Of a stretch of 64,000 nt of DNA, positions 1 to 14,200 are shown one piece after another. The stretch is from Auanema rhodensis. Its lineage: Eukaryota; Animalia; Nematoda. Position numbers and translations under genes: made by a program. The DNA lies in the NCBI GenBank assembly GCA_964057225.1, contig OZ059894.1, positions 10,168,001 to 10,232,000 of the forward strand. Reading direction: 5' to 3'. The notes below the pieces were generated by a model that had not been told where the DNA came from, did not search any database, and was given only the letters and a program-made list of their open reading frames with translations. Each line of letters begins with the position of its first letter. Positions within the stretch are counted from its first letter, which is position 1.

Positions 1-1758
1 GAAAGAAGCTTTCACATAGATGATATGTTGCAATCACATTAGATATTCAAAATAGGAAGAAAATCGGTTCTTCTACACTTTGAGATTGAGCACTTTTTGG
101 GAAAAAAAAAGGAAAAAGAAAGAAAAGATATACTTAAAGAAATGACACAACAATAGAATCATGAAAAGCTGGGAAAAGTTTTGCTTTCTCTCCTTGAGTA
201 TGTGGTTGACATCTCTCAAGCAGCTCTAGATGAAGTTGAGAAAGCCATGTATGACAGATGAGAGAGACGAACGACGGCGTCTTTAATTTTGAAAAATAAT
301 TTTTTTTTTGGAAGAAAACAGACACAAAACATGAACATGTGCATACGATGGATGAAAGCTTGCAATATTGCTATACCTTTGATGCTGCTTCCTACATCCA
401 CTCATCATCACGCAATTCTCATTGTACGTCTCAGGCTCAGAGCCTTCTTGGCTACGAACTCTCAACATTTTCTTCGTCTCATGAGTTGATGCAGAAGCGG
501 AAAATAGCAAAGAAAAGAATGCTGGGACTCTTCTAGGCGATCAGCTCAGCAGTTTGCTTCAATTCAACAAGCTGAGAATGAAGTACTTCAACAGCTTCAA
601 TTAGAAATTATGAATGAGAATTTCAATGAAATCTGCAGAATCTCAAGCAAAATCATGAAAAATATCATTTCAAAAAGGACAAAAAGTACATTTATTTGCA
701 TAGATGTATAAGACAAGCTTTATTTAAGATAAAATTGAATCATTTTTCTTAAAAATTCATGAACGAACGTTACTTAATTCAGCTCTTGTTCTCTTTCCGC
801 TTTAGCGAATATTATTCTTTGCTCAAAAAAGATTTTTGTTTCATATAATATATACATATGTCTATGTTTCTCCTTCAACATTGCATATACTTTCATTGAT
901 TCTCATCATTCTTCTAAGCTAAATCTCTTCATTCAAGACATAATTCTTCTTTTCCGTTACGATAGTTGGAGTCATTCACTCGTCATCGCAATGGAAAAAG
1001 AAGAGAATTTCAGATTAACGGTAAGAACGACGACGACGACAACGACCAACGACGACGAAATTTGATGAGAAATTAAATTCAATTTCAGATGAGATTTCGT
1101 CAATGTTCACGTATATCTACTGAGTTGTAAACGAGTAAAATAAGGAAGACATGGAAAATGATTGTTTTCTTTCAAAATAAATAACAAAATATATAAAAAT
1201 AGTATTAAAACTATACTATTTCTAGTATATAGTATTCAGGATTCCAAAAGGGAAATCAAAATACATTGAATGGAAAAAGTGGGAAGTAAAACTTCAAAAA
1301 AAATATTTATTTTGATAAAACTTTGACGGAAACATTGTTTAAAATATTTCTAAACAAGATTTTCTTCAAAAAAAAAAGAAAAAAAAAAGATTAAAATTTT
1401 GATTAAACTAATAAATTAAAATAATTTTTTATTAAATTAATTAAGATAAAGTTGAGAAAAAAATTTTTCTGCAAACTAAGCTCGTAAATGAAATGATTCG
1501 AGAAATATGACTAAGCAACATCAAAGATGAAAAGATCGAAACTTTGATGTTCTGTGAAGGAAAAAAATACTTTTGAATTCTGACGCCATTAAGCTGGAAG
1601 TTTTATAAGCTTTATAGTCAACAAACGCCTGATATGGTCAGAATTTGATTCATATCTATATATAACTTCAAATCAATTTGTTTTTGTACTTTTATTGAAG
1701 ATAGAAGACTTATTTGATACATTTTTCTTAAAATAGTAAGATTTACAAAGAAAGAAAA

Positions 1759-1761
<3 letters not shown>

Positions 1762-1846
<85 letters not shown>
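1762..1846. repeat. (GA)n microsatellite, about 42 units, intronic
   Basis: Uninterrupted GA run seen directly. Confidence 0.98.
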
Positions 1847-1849
<3 letters not shown>

Positions 1850-1982
1850 GGGAGGGAAGGGGTTACAAAGCAATAGATACGAGCAAAAACATGTATTGAG
1901 GTGGCCAATACGGTTTCAAATATAATTTTTTTGGTTATTTATTAATAATAAAAAAAAGTTTTAACACATAAATGAAACTTAC

Positions 1983-2842
1983 AGCTTTGTCAAAAACAAC
2001 AATTCGACGTCGAAATTTAGCTAATGCTAGTGCTGTTGTTCTAAATGACAAACGCCTTCTTGTCACATCAACTCTTGAAAATAATGATTCTCTATAAAAA
2101 TATATTATATACATATGTAATAGTTTAATAAAGTAAATTAAATGAATAAAATACTGAAATTATTGAATTTACCTTCGAGAATCAGTTGCAAATCGTGGAA
2201 AACCACCACTGGATGAGCTGGATAGAATAGACTCTTTTCTGCAATGAAAAAGGCGTTTGAAATACAAAATGGCCGAACAAAAATGTTTTTAATAGTTTCT
2301 CTTAGAACATCCTTTCAATAAAACCCTGAGCTTTTCCTTTTTTTTTCTCTCATCTTTTTTACTAAATAAGTATCAATAATGCAAATCTTAAATGAGAAAT
2401 TGAGCTTTAAAATGCTTTAAAGTTGGAAAATATATTTGATTAGACTTTTAAACTCAATTGAATCAAAAGCTAGAAGAAAAAGCATTTCAATGACTTCAAT
2501 TGAACGTTTTTTGGCTCTTAAAATGACATTTCAATCTAAAAAATTACCTAGCTAGGATACTTGCCCAAGAAAATTTATGGCTTGATAGAGGAGAGTTCGG
2601 AGATCCTTGATTCTTATAGCTCGCTCCACTTGCTTGACTAATAACCGAAAGTTTATGACGCATAATACCATCATTAATCTGAAAAATTGAAAGAAAACTG
2701 TGAAAGATAATGAATAAAAGAAAATCAAATATGTCTATATACATACATCTGTCTGTTCATCTTTCTCTTCTATAGAATTTTCTTCAATTGTACTGAGATT
2801 ACAACGAATAGGTGAAACATCCGTATGAATCATTCTTAACAT
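1983..2842 (-). CDS. 5' part of an unidentified multi-exon gene, continuing toward or off the left edge; Ser/Arg-rich N-terminal region
   Basis: Four exons with canonical GT-AG sites and continuous phase: 2842-2747, 2678-2548, 2238-2173, 2091-1983. Translation: MLRMIHTDVSPIRCNLSTIEENSIEEKDEQTD-INDGIMRHKLSVISQASGASYKNQGSPNSPLSSHKFSWASILAR-KESILSSSSSGGFPRFATDSRR-ESLFSRVDVTRRRLSFRTTALALAKFRRRIVVFDKA, ending on a GTAAGT donor. Probable next micro-exon 1593-1571 (LNGVRIQK, CTTCCAG acceptor). Family not recognised. Confidence 0.8.
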
Positions 2843-5176
2843 GAAACTTACTAAATGAAAAAAAAATGAAATTAAAACGAATGAAAAAGCTGTTTGAAAG
2901 ATATAAAGAAACTGAAATCTATGTATAAAGGTTGAGTAAAAGTTACATCTTTTCTTCTTCTTCTTCTTCTTCTTCAAATAATAGAGACAGAGAGAGAAGA
3001 AAGAAGAAAAACATAAGTCAGATTATGTTAGACTCAATTGTCAGGATAAATATGGTTATAGTCCTCTTTTTAAAATGTAATTGAATATAAAATTTTATGA
3101 AAAACAGATGTAAACGAGGAGAGTAACAGCATATATGGGTGGGCGAGTAACAACATATTGTTTTACATGATGTGATATGAGAATTGAAAGATCATAATAT
3201 TAAAATATCTTAGAACTTAACAAGGAAGTATGAACATCAAGGATGTACGAAAGGAAATAAACTCAGACACTTCACTTCAAACATGTCTTCTACTATATAA
3301 AATGGGAAGAAGTTTAAAGTCGATGACTGCAGTTTCTCAACCTTTTCTTGCATCTGGATATAAGGAAACGGTAGCTTTGCATGAGCTTAAACACAAGTGA
3401 AACTCTGAATTAAGTAAGTACCTTTTGGAATATTTTAAGGAAAATAATCTTAAATTTCCTCAAGACGAATACTAAAACTTGAACTAGAGTAAAGTTAGAT
3501 AGCTATTGAACTTGATATCTATTACTATTTACGTATATTCTGCATTTTAAAGTATTTTATGCAATAGAAAGCTAGGAAAATCCTGCAAAAACAATGGCAT
3601 CATCCCGTTTTACTTTAAAAGGGTACTTTTTATTCAATTAAATTATTATATTTCAAAGCTAAAAAATAAGAAGACACAAGCTATATATAGGTCAAAGATA
3701 CTTTAAAGGTCATACAACACAATATAATATTCTTACGAATATTATATAAATATATTATTTTTAAAATAATTAGATTCTTATTAATTATTTATTTTTTTAT
3801 AATTTGAATAAAAGTTATTTAAATTTTAATTAAATAAAACATTTAATTACGTATGCTCACATCACGTACGTGATTAGCATACTCTGAACTTTCATTTCTA
3901 AATGTGATATCGTGCAGAACGGTTGTGCAAGTGCTACTCGGATAGCATTATGCTGCTGCCAACAATCAAAAAATCAAAAAATATTTTGAATTTCTGAATA
4001 TACGGAAGTATATATAGTATGTGAGTCATGAGAATGTGAATATTAAAAATTAAATGAAAAGGTATGGAAGAAATATTAGTATGAAGAAGGAAGTAACAAG
4101 AGAAGAGAAAATGCTATGAATACAGAAAATATGGAGCAAAAACCAATGATGTTATGTTTATAAAAAAAAATTTAAAGAATAACGCCCATGTTCTAAACAG
4201 AGTTTAGGAAGGAAATTATAAAATATCTATCTTTTTTTCAATTATATTAATCGTTTAGCAATAGAAATGAATAAAGAAACTGAAAATGATGAATATTTGG
4301 TCGAAGTATAGCTGATCAAAAGACAATTTAGAAGGTAGTATAAGCTGTTTCAGCTTGTTATATCAATGAATTCATATGTATCACAAACTTTTGAGTCTCA
4401 ATATGATTTTTGTTTTATTTTCTGTCATATAGAATAAAAAAAAATGGAGAAGGGAAAGCAAATAACAAGTAATATTTATGAATTGTGACGAATATTGACA
4501 CTGAATCTCAAAACTATTTTTCAGAACTTTTGTATAATATTATGAATAAGATATTAGTGATTTTTATTGAATATATATACATATATGTATATGTATATAT
4601 CTAAGGAATAATCTCTGAAACAAGGAAATGAATAAGTATTTGCAAAAATGAGTTTCAAGGCTTTTTCCAGAGAAACATGAGACAAGTTTCAACGGAAAAT
4701 TTAATAAAAATGCAAAAAAAAACATTGAAGAAACAAAAAGAAATGTAGCTGCTTATTCCCGAGAGATAACCCACACTGATTTTTCTACCAGCCTCATCAG
4801 GAGAAAGCACGGAAAAGAAGATTTTCGAATAAAAAAAACTCGAATTGACAAGTAAGTTCCATTTTTTGAATAATTTTTTTCAACTTTTTTTTGAAATAGA
4901 TGTGCAAATTTTGGTAAAATGAATGTTTGGCCATGTTTTCAACGTTTTAACCACACACGAGAAATCTTTATTCTATTGGGAGGTAATCAGAAAAAGTGTT
5001 AAAAGTTGAATAAAGAAGCATTTCAATTGAAATTTTACATTTTATGCTTCAAAAAGGTTGGTAGAAAGCTGGTATTGAGAATACTTACGAATAGGAAAGA
5101 ACAAGACTTAGACATATAGACGTCACAAAATGTAATTTAACATGAAGAAAAAAGACAAAAAAAGCTTAGGTCAAGT

Positions 5177-5180
<4 letters not shown>

Positions 5181-5230
<50 letters not shown>
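5181..5230. repeat. (GA)n microsatellite
   Basis: Seen directly. Confidence 0.97.
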
Positions 5231-5232
<2 letters not shown>

Positions 5233-5770
5233 TGAAATAACAAAGTAACTTATGTAATTGAAGACTGAAGAAAATACAAAAAGTAAAAAGAATTTCAAAC
5301 TTATTTTGACTTTTAACTCAAAAAGCTTGCGGCTCACTTCATCTAATATTCAAATGAAAATGAAAAAATAATTTTAATTTTCGCAATCAATTCTTAGTTT
5401 GACCTAAGATGGATTGGAATTTAATTTCTAAGAAAATCATGAAATATACATGAAAACACATAGGTTAATCTTGAATAAGCATTCGATTGACCTTTGCTAT
5501 AATCCAACTTTCAACAATATTTCTTCAAAGAGATGGCTTCCTCCAGCTTTACCACATCTAAGGAACAGGACGATGTCGTGGGTGGATTCTGATTTGAATT
5601 GCCTCGTTTCCGATAAAACGTTTCTTAGAAAAACAAACATTTAGTGATGAAGAAATGTGATCATAAAGGGTGAAAGTTTGAAGGCAAATGGGAAAATCTG
5701 TCTCTTTACTGGTGATGTCTTCAGAGTAACAAACCTCCCAGAGGAGAAAAAAACAATAAAGAAGAGAGAA

Positions 5771-5812
<42 letters not shown>

Positions 5813-5944
5813 GGGGGGGGAGGACGAGGACGGAGACAGAATTCATTTCAGAAAGATTTATGACTTTATGAAATTTATGAAAAACAATTATTTGAAGATA
5901 AATAAAATATTCAACCTTTGAATTTTCTTTTCAATCTTTTTCCA

Positions 5945-5988
5945 CTCACTTTCTCTTTCACTCTTTCTCTTTCACTCTTTCTCTTTCA

Positions 5989-6058
<70 letters not shown>
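5945..6058. repeat. 14-mer tandem repeat (CTCTTTCACTCTTT, about 3 copies) running into a (CT)n microsatellite
   Basis: Seen directly. Confidence 0.93.
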
Positions 6059-6062
<4 letters not shown>

Positions 6063-7011
6063 CCCTTACTTATCTTCTTTTTATTTAAAATAAAACTACG
6101 AGGAGAAATAGAGGTTAATTATAAATGAATGCGTAATCAATGACGATCAATGTTTTTTTTTTCTAATTTAAAATGAAAAACTGCGATTAATCTCATTCTT
6201 CTTTTTATTTTTTTACTAATTGAATTTTACTTTACTCTTAGATGCTCTCCAATCAACTAAAAGAAATTGAAAATGTTTTTTCTTCGTTTCTTACCGAATA
6301 TCTATGAAGAAAGAAGGCTTCTGTGCGAAATAAATACGATGAAGACGATGAGGACGACGTAGATGTGGAAAATGAAAATGATGAAAATCAATTGCTGATC
6401 AAGCTATTCCGCTGTTTTTTACGTCAAAAACGAAGAAAAAATGATTTCGGCCAAGGATTAATTAAAGTTTTTGCCTTTGAGGTCAATCCTGAAATTGCTA
6501 TTTTCGTTTATAACCTTTTTCCTCTGAAGATAAAAGTCTCGAAAAGAAAAAACGAAGTGTATCGTTGGTGAGTATCTGAGCTTTTCAGTTATTTTCTCTC
6601 ATATTCTCAGTTCATCTCTTCTTCTTCTTCGTTTCATTTTAATACAAAGATCTTGTTTTATTTCAAAATATTCTTTTTCAAAATCATATAAACATAAGTT
6701 TTCCTTAACTATACCATATAGTATATGTCCTTTAAATTGCTTCACAACAATAGAAATGTTGGAATACATGTACATGTCCATCAACAATTCTATGTTTTCC
6801 CAAGTTTTTACGTCAACCAACATGAATGAAATCTTCAAGAATACTTTTGTATGATTTCTTTACTATATCAGGTTGATTCCAGTTTTTTTCAAACAAAAAA
6901 AATATTTTATATCTTGAATTTCTTCAAATGAACTAAGAGAGCAAGTCAGATGTGAGTTGAGTACAGAGCATCAAGAACAGAGGGATAGAGAGAAAGAGAG
7001 AGAGAGAACTA

Positions 7012-7046
<35 letters not shown>

Positions 7047-10000
7047 TTGAGATAATCTTCTGTTTCAAATTCAAACATTCAGAATAGGCTTTTATTCAAA
7101 ATTCTCTTTAAACTTATAAACATTGAATTCTGAACTTGAGCTAAACACCACAATCAAGCTTATTCTTAAAACTTTTTCTTTGTAATAATTTCCTTTTTCT
7201 TCAGTTTAATTTTCGATTTTCTTTTTCAAACGATTTTTTTTTCGTCGTTGATGCTTCTTTCAGCCTAGGGGGAAGCTTTTTTTTTCGGACGTTCTTCTTC
7301 AGACATCATAAAACCTGTTGATAGAGGCGACTCTACTCTCCGCATACATACATCCCACTAGTAACGAGGACGACGACGACGACGACGACGACGGAGAGAA
7401 GAAGACCAGACAACGAAGCATATAAGACGACTAATGATGATGATGAAGATGATGATGAAGAACGAATATCATCAACGTTGTTATCGTTGTCGTAGTAGTA
7501 GTACGAGTAGTCTTCATCATCATCACCATCATCGTCGTCATCGTCATCGTCGTCGTCGTCGTAGTAATAATAAGAAATAGTGGTCATATATGCGAAATGA
7601 GATTCATCTTTAATTAGAATTCAAAAGATTACTCAGATTATACTTCAAACTCTTCTTCTGAAGGCATTATAACGCGTGTGTGTGTATGCAGCTCTTCCAA
7701 AAGCCTCATCATCACTTCAACCTACATGCAACATTCATTTCTCATCTTCTTCGTCTCTTCCTAAAATATCGACGACGTCAACGATGATGAACATTTTTAG
7801 ATTTTGAGTTTCATTTTTCATTCACGTTCTATTGAACTTATTCTAAATGAGAATATATTGGATGTATTTGTACTTTTACTAGCCTTTTCATATGCTTTAT
7901 CGTACTTCATTTTCAACTTCTCAACAATGCTTTCAGAATTTTAAAAACAATAATTTCAGAATACAAATATCTTGTCTTTTACTTTGTTTTCTGAACATTC
8001 TTTCATTTTATTTCAAAAAACCTTTTCATTCCAATGAAAGGCAAATTTAGTTTATATACTTGATGTGACATATGCGTTTCGTCGCAGTTGTCGTCGTTCC
8101 CATATAGTAAGCTTTCGATTTTTCTGCTTCACTTCATCAAATGAAATTGAAGGCGTCGCCGTCTTAATGGTCATCAGACGTATCGTTCTTTTCCAGACGT
8201 TTCTTATACCGACTATATGGATAGATTTTCTTCATTTCATCTGAATTCAGATCCTCCTTCCCCGGTCCTTCTTCATCTTCTGCTCCTTCTGCTTCTTCTT
8301 CTTTTGCTCTCGTAGTCATTCTGACCTTTCATCTCTTGCTATGCACTTCGTCTCACATTTTCTGCCGTGGTTGACGTCCGTTGAATCCACACGTTTTTCA
8401 TTTTGTACTTCTCATTTCTGATTTCTTGAATAACCTGATCTTCAGAGCTCTAAAAGTTCTTAGGCTCAACTCATCATTTCCGCTGATTTCCCGTGTTCTG
8501 GTACTTCAGAATTCTTTTCAAAAAAAATGTAAGAGAAGACATACATGAGAAACATGGAGCTTCTTCTACTCCTCCTTCTTCTTCTTTTTCTTCCTTCTTT
8601 TCAATTTATTTTGTGCTTCTTCAAGCTCACAAGTCCATTTTCTCCTCATATATTTGTTCTTGGCTTACTAGGGTTTCACTGCGAACAAGCAGCGGACCAA
8701 CAGCAGCATCAGTCGTTGCAAGCTGTGGCGTCAGAAGCAGACATAACGAACGAACGTCGTCCAAACCAATGTACAGAGAAGGCTTGAGAAAAGCCGTGGA
8801 GATATATCTATGTTCCGATTAACTCAATGTCTTGTCTTTCTCATCAATCCATTTAATCTTTTGAACTCAGAATTCCATTTACATCTGAACGCTTTGATTA
8901 TTTGTCTGAAATTCTCCAGGTTGGCCATTTCCGAAACATAGAGTTCATACTTGAACTCAAGATAAGGAGCTCAAATTGAGAGAGAAAGAGCATTAGCATT
9001 TTATAAAAGACGGAAGAATGGCTTGTCAAAGCTATAGAATAAGCAAAATAGAGAGAGAGAGAGAAAACGAAGAGGAAGGAAAAACGACGAAAGAGAGAGA
9101 GAGAGAGACAGGGCTGAAGGATGGGGTTGTTAGAAGTGAATGACGATATGATTGTGATCAAAAAGATACCCTAGACATGAAAGTCTTCCTTCTAATCATC
9201 CTCAATCTTATTTTATTTTTATATTCATTCATTCAAAACAGAAAATGAATTCTGAGACATTAATTAAGATATGTTTTCAATAATTTAATATTTGATTTAT
9301 AGCTTCTATTGATATCACTATGCATTATATTTCTTTTTTTGGTAAAGGGGGGTGGAACCAGAAAATCTTTATTGACTTCCTGATTTTAGATGTGTTTCTC
9401 TCTCTACATATCTTTTTCTCTTTTTCTCCATTTCCCTCGTACTCTCTCTCTTTCTCCCTCTTTCTCTCTTCATCTCATATACATTCATATACGCAGAACA
9501 TGTAATTCAAATTTCTCAGCAAATTTCATCATTACTCTCTGAAAAAAATAATAAAATTTTCATATCTTGCCCTATTCCAATATCGCACTTCCAACAAATT
9601 TTATCTGTACTTGTCTCTAAGCTTCCAAACGCCGACTTCACCTTTCGGGGCTGCTGCCATAGCCTGCCGCCTCAAAGCTTTCAAACTTCCAACTTCAAGC
9701 CTGCTTTAAAAAAACCTTGTTCAATTTCAATGAATCTTGTTAGCAATAACAAGGATTATAAATAAAAAATTTCTTTTTCTTTTTGGTTTAATGCAACCCA
9801 ACCCTGCGTATTACTATTTTCCGGAGCTGCTCCAGTATTTTGCTTGGTCACTTTCCGTATAAAGCCTACCAATCCCTTTCTGTTCCTTTCCCTCGTTGCT
9901 TTCATTTCTCTCTCTGTTTCTATCTCTTTCTTATTCTCTGTATCTCTTTCATTTCTTTAGCTTCATCTTATATGCCCAAATTATTTATTTTGAGAGTTAG

Positions 10001-11131
10001 TTATCTATACTAATATAGAATTTACTCACATATTCTCTGTTTTAGCACAAATTTTTTGTTTCATCGTTCTTCCTGCAATTTTACCTATTTCAATTACATT
10101 TTTTCTCTTTAAATGACTACTTAATCGTACTCAATTTGAACTTTTTATGCATTAAAATGGAAGAAAAACCTTTTTTTCTCTACAAAAGTTCAAACTAAAA
10201 ATCATTTTTCCCTTTTATTTCAATTGCAAGTGATTGGTCTTCTGTGTTTCAACTCTCCAATCCCCCACCCCTTTTGTCATTTATTGCCATTCCTATCATT
10301 ATCATGTCCTCTCTTTTTCTTTCTTTTTCTCTCTTTTGAATGTTTTTGATTTTTGTTCCTTTTAGTTCTTATTTTCCAAAAAAAAGGACAGTTTTAGAAG
10401 ATTAGCTGATCAATCTCTAATTTCATGTTCTGTGATATCATTTCAAAAGTGAATACAAACATACATATACATCTCTCTCTCACTCTCTCTCTCTCTCTCA
10501 CTCTCTCTCTCTCTCACTCTCTCTCTTTAACTCTTTCACGTGATATCTTTATAACCTTTATCTTATATTTATTGGGAAAATAAAAGAAAAAACTTTTTGA
10601 TTATGACATCTCATGTTCAATCAACTGATGCAAGCCACTTTGACATTTCTCTAATTTGAACCAATCTTAGATATTAATTGAACTTCCAATTCTAGCCTAA
10701 GGCTCATGATAGTGATTGACGTAGAAGTGCAAATGTACATCCATTCACTGATTCCTCTCTCTCTCTCCCCCTCTCCCTCTCTCTCTCTCTCTCTATCCCA
10801 TTCACTTTTTATAATTCTCTTCTTTCAACATGTAAAAGAAATATCCTTTTATTCTGCTTTTGACTCGATTTCCAAGAGAAACCACAACAGCTTCAGATGT
10901 GTCAGCTTTATTGACGTCATCACGTAAAATCGTCAGCCTGATTTGAACTTGGCATATAACAAACAACGGAACATGACCAACAACTTGATCTTAGTACCTG
11001 GTGGCATGATTCTTAAAGTGTGAACAAACGTAGTATGTGCATACATACAGGAGGACACACGATTTCCATGTTCTTTCAACTTTACAATAGCTTTCGTTTA
11101 AAATTCGCTCTATTTCTCTCTGTCTGTCTGC

Positions 11132-11164
<33 letters not shown>

Positions 11165-11198
11165 TAAAAAGATATATATATCTTTATATAATATATAT

Positions 11199-11230
<32 letters not shown>

Positions 11231-14200
11231 CGTGTGTATATGTCCGAGCTTTGTGTTATTAAGCAAAACAATGCTATTCATAGAAGCAGTACAAGCTAAT
11301 AAGGTAAACAACAAATAGACGAACAGACAGAATAGCCTTAGGCCATAAATGAGCATTTTCTCTTTATGTAAACGGTAATAATCTGCTTAATGACAAAGAT
11401 TATTTCACTGGCTTCCTCTTCATCTATCCAGCTCTCTTCGTTTATTCAATTCTTTTTCTCTCTCTCTCTCGTTCTCCTCGAGAACGTTTTTGTTGTTTTT
11501 CCAGCTTTTCCTACCATTTCTGCTTCGGTCCTCGTGTTCTTCCAATTTTCTTCAGCAGCTTCATAATCATTGCTCCACTTCTTACTTCTATTGTAGGTGC
11601 AAGTAGTTATTTGAGCTGAATATACTTTCAGATTTTTGAGACAAGGAAGAACATCAGCTAAAATCTCTTTGCACTTCGAACTCCTTTATTACTGTTTCTC
11701 TGGATTTTTGACCTAAATATTCTCCTTCTGAAATACTTCTGAACATCATTTGCACTTCATGTGACCTAATGCTATTAGCAAATTCAGAATTTGAATTGAA
11801 AGCACCTCTATAATATGACCAGCAACTATATGAACTGCACATGACTTTGTAAATGAAAGTAAGATGAAGAGCATAAGATAGGTCAGAAAGTGAAAGAGAA
11901 AGAGAGAAATGCATAGAGAGCAGAAACTCCAAGCCACCCATGGCAGAGAGGGTGTGAGAGAAGCTTTTCAACTTACTTGATGATATTTTTCTGGGCAAAG
12001 TGCCGTAGAGATAACTAGCCACAAAGTCAGCGAGATAGAGCACGAACAATTAGAAAAATATCGAGAAATTGAGAGAAAGAGAGAGAGAGATCTATGCATG
12101 TTTGCCATGCGTCATCTTGTTTCCTATTTGTTTACATAGCTTTCGTACTCCAGTTCTACCGCTCTCTTTCACATTTCTCTCTCTCTCTCAATATGCCCTT
12201 CTCTCTTTTTCTTTTTCTACTCGTTCCCATCAGCACCCATCGTGCTAACATATTCATGCGGATGAACGCATGGTAATCTAGTGAAGTAACAACTGAACCC
12301 CCTTGAGCAGTACTTTTTGTTTTTCGTTTTTTTTCTTGAATCCTTGGGGTCCAGCATGATATACTTATCAACAAACCAAAAAGCCAACTAACGCTCTGTT
12401 CAGTCACAATTCTTTTCTTCAAGTTTTAGTTCGATTTTGAAACACAAAAACAACATCCGCCAAAAATGGAAATTACTACTACTAGAAGACGAAGAACATA
12501 TACTCTTTCAAATTTCCCTCTACTTTTCTATTTATTCTCTTCAACTCTCTCTCTCTAAATACACATTTCCCTCTATCTGTATCTATCTATATCTCTTTTT
12601 GTTTCTCTTTTAACATTTTTACATTGAAAAATTCATGTGATCTAGCATGAAGTTAGGTTAGTTACCTCTGATCAAATGTACCGAGAAGGTGCTTATCTTC
12701 TACTTTACCACATATTCCCCTCATTCTCACTACCTCTCATCTACCACTTCTCTCTCTCTATCTCTGTCTCTCTCTCTCTCTAGAATCTATTCTCTTTTGT
12801 ATTCTTTTTGCATCTTTTCTCTTCTCATATTCTTATGCTCTCTTTAGAGAAATCTATAACCCAAATGACCTTATGCACCTGGTAGTTGCCGACGGATTGG
12901 CCGGGCAATGGAGATAGACTGTCGATTGGCCATCTGTTCTCTGTATAATTTCTCTGCTTCTCTACAATCTCTCCAATTAACCATATATGTCAGTGGCCCT
13001 TAAGGTCCATACTCTCCAATATTGCCTTGTCTCTCACACATCATTGTCTCTTTTCACTCCTGTTGGCTATTTCATTCCCGATCACAGGCCCTTAGTCCCT
13101 CCATTTTTATTCACAGGGCATCTCTTAGCGCACACGAAATACGAGTACAAGATATTTTTATTGTTTTCACCAATTTTTCTCCTTATTTTCATATTTTTAT
13201 TTATAAATTTAGTTAGATATTACTCTTTATGTCTTCTTTTTCATCATCATCATCATCATCAGTATCGTGTATAGTATGATTGTGTAGTTTCCATCCATCC
13301 ACCTGCTTAGAACATCGAAATAACATTGGAAGATTGACAGATTTTTCATATTGTTCATTGTCATTCATTAATCTTTTCCCTTTTTTTCTTTCAAATCAAC
13401 TGATTTTCCCATTAAAAAAAAAGGAAAGAAAGTAATTAATAGCTTTAATAGCTTGTCTTTTTATTATTTCTCCTATTTTACTCCATAATAAAACTCTTAC
13501 TCCTTCTTTTTTCTCCGCTCAACTCGTCGTATAAGTTTGTGGATTCGGAAAAACGTTGAGAAAATTGCAAAATTTGATTTATTTTTTTCATTTTACTCTC
13601 CTCATCATTTGCAATGTGATAACAACATGCACTTTAAAACCTTTCAAACGTATAGGTTAGTCTTAGTCCTCTCTAGTTATAATCAAAGTTTATTGATTCT
13701 ACAATCTTTTTGTTGCTTTTGTTTCGAAAAAAAAATATTTTTAAATATTTCAAAGAGCAACAATAGAAAGCTTTTTGATATTATGACGAAAAAATGGATA
13801 TTATTCTCTCTCAGTCTCTCTCTCTACAGTGAAAGGACAAACCATTTCGAGTACTTTCTCTCTTGTAATCTCAGCTCTCTTACATTCTTTTCTCGCATTT
13901 TCGCTTTTCATTTCTTCAGAGCTGTACGTGTGTTGAAGAAAAAGTCCATTTTCTATTGATTTACTATAGGAAATGTTACCAAAATACTATTTTTCTCATG
14001 TTTATGGAAATAATCAGTCAATGTTTTTTTTTTCCATAAGTCAAAGATCTTCTTTAACACTTTTGATACTTGTTTCGATCACATAACCCGGGTTTACTCT
14101 CTCTCTCTTTCTCTTTATCTCTCTTACTCATTCTCTCTCTGTATCCCTTTCTCTCTATCTCCTTTTTTGCATTCTCATTTCATCGTTAAACTTCCAACGT

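Noticed and set aside
1618-1908. ORFs with SLSLSL or ERERER runs here and elsewhere in the ORF track
   Set aside because: These are translations of GA/TC microsatellites.
7333-7587. Asp/Ser/Val-run ORF
   Set aside because: It is built from trinucleotide repeats and has no splice or homology support.
9785-9810. GGTTTAAT...ACCCA resembling a spliced-leader RNA 5' end
   Set aside because: There is no 22-nt leader followed by a GT donor and no Sm site.
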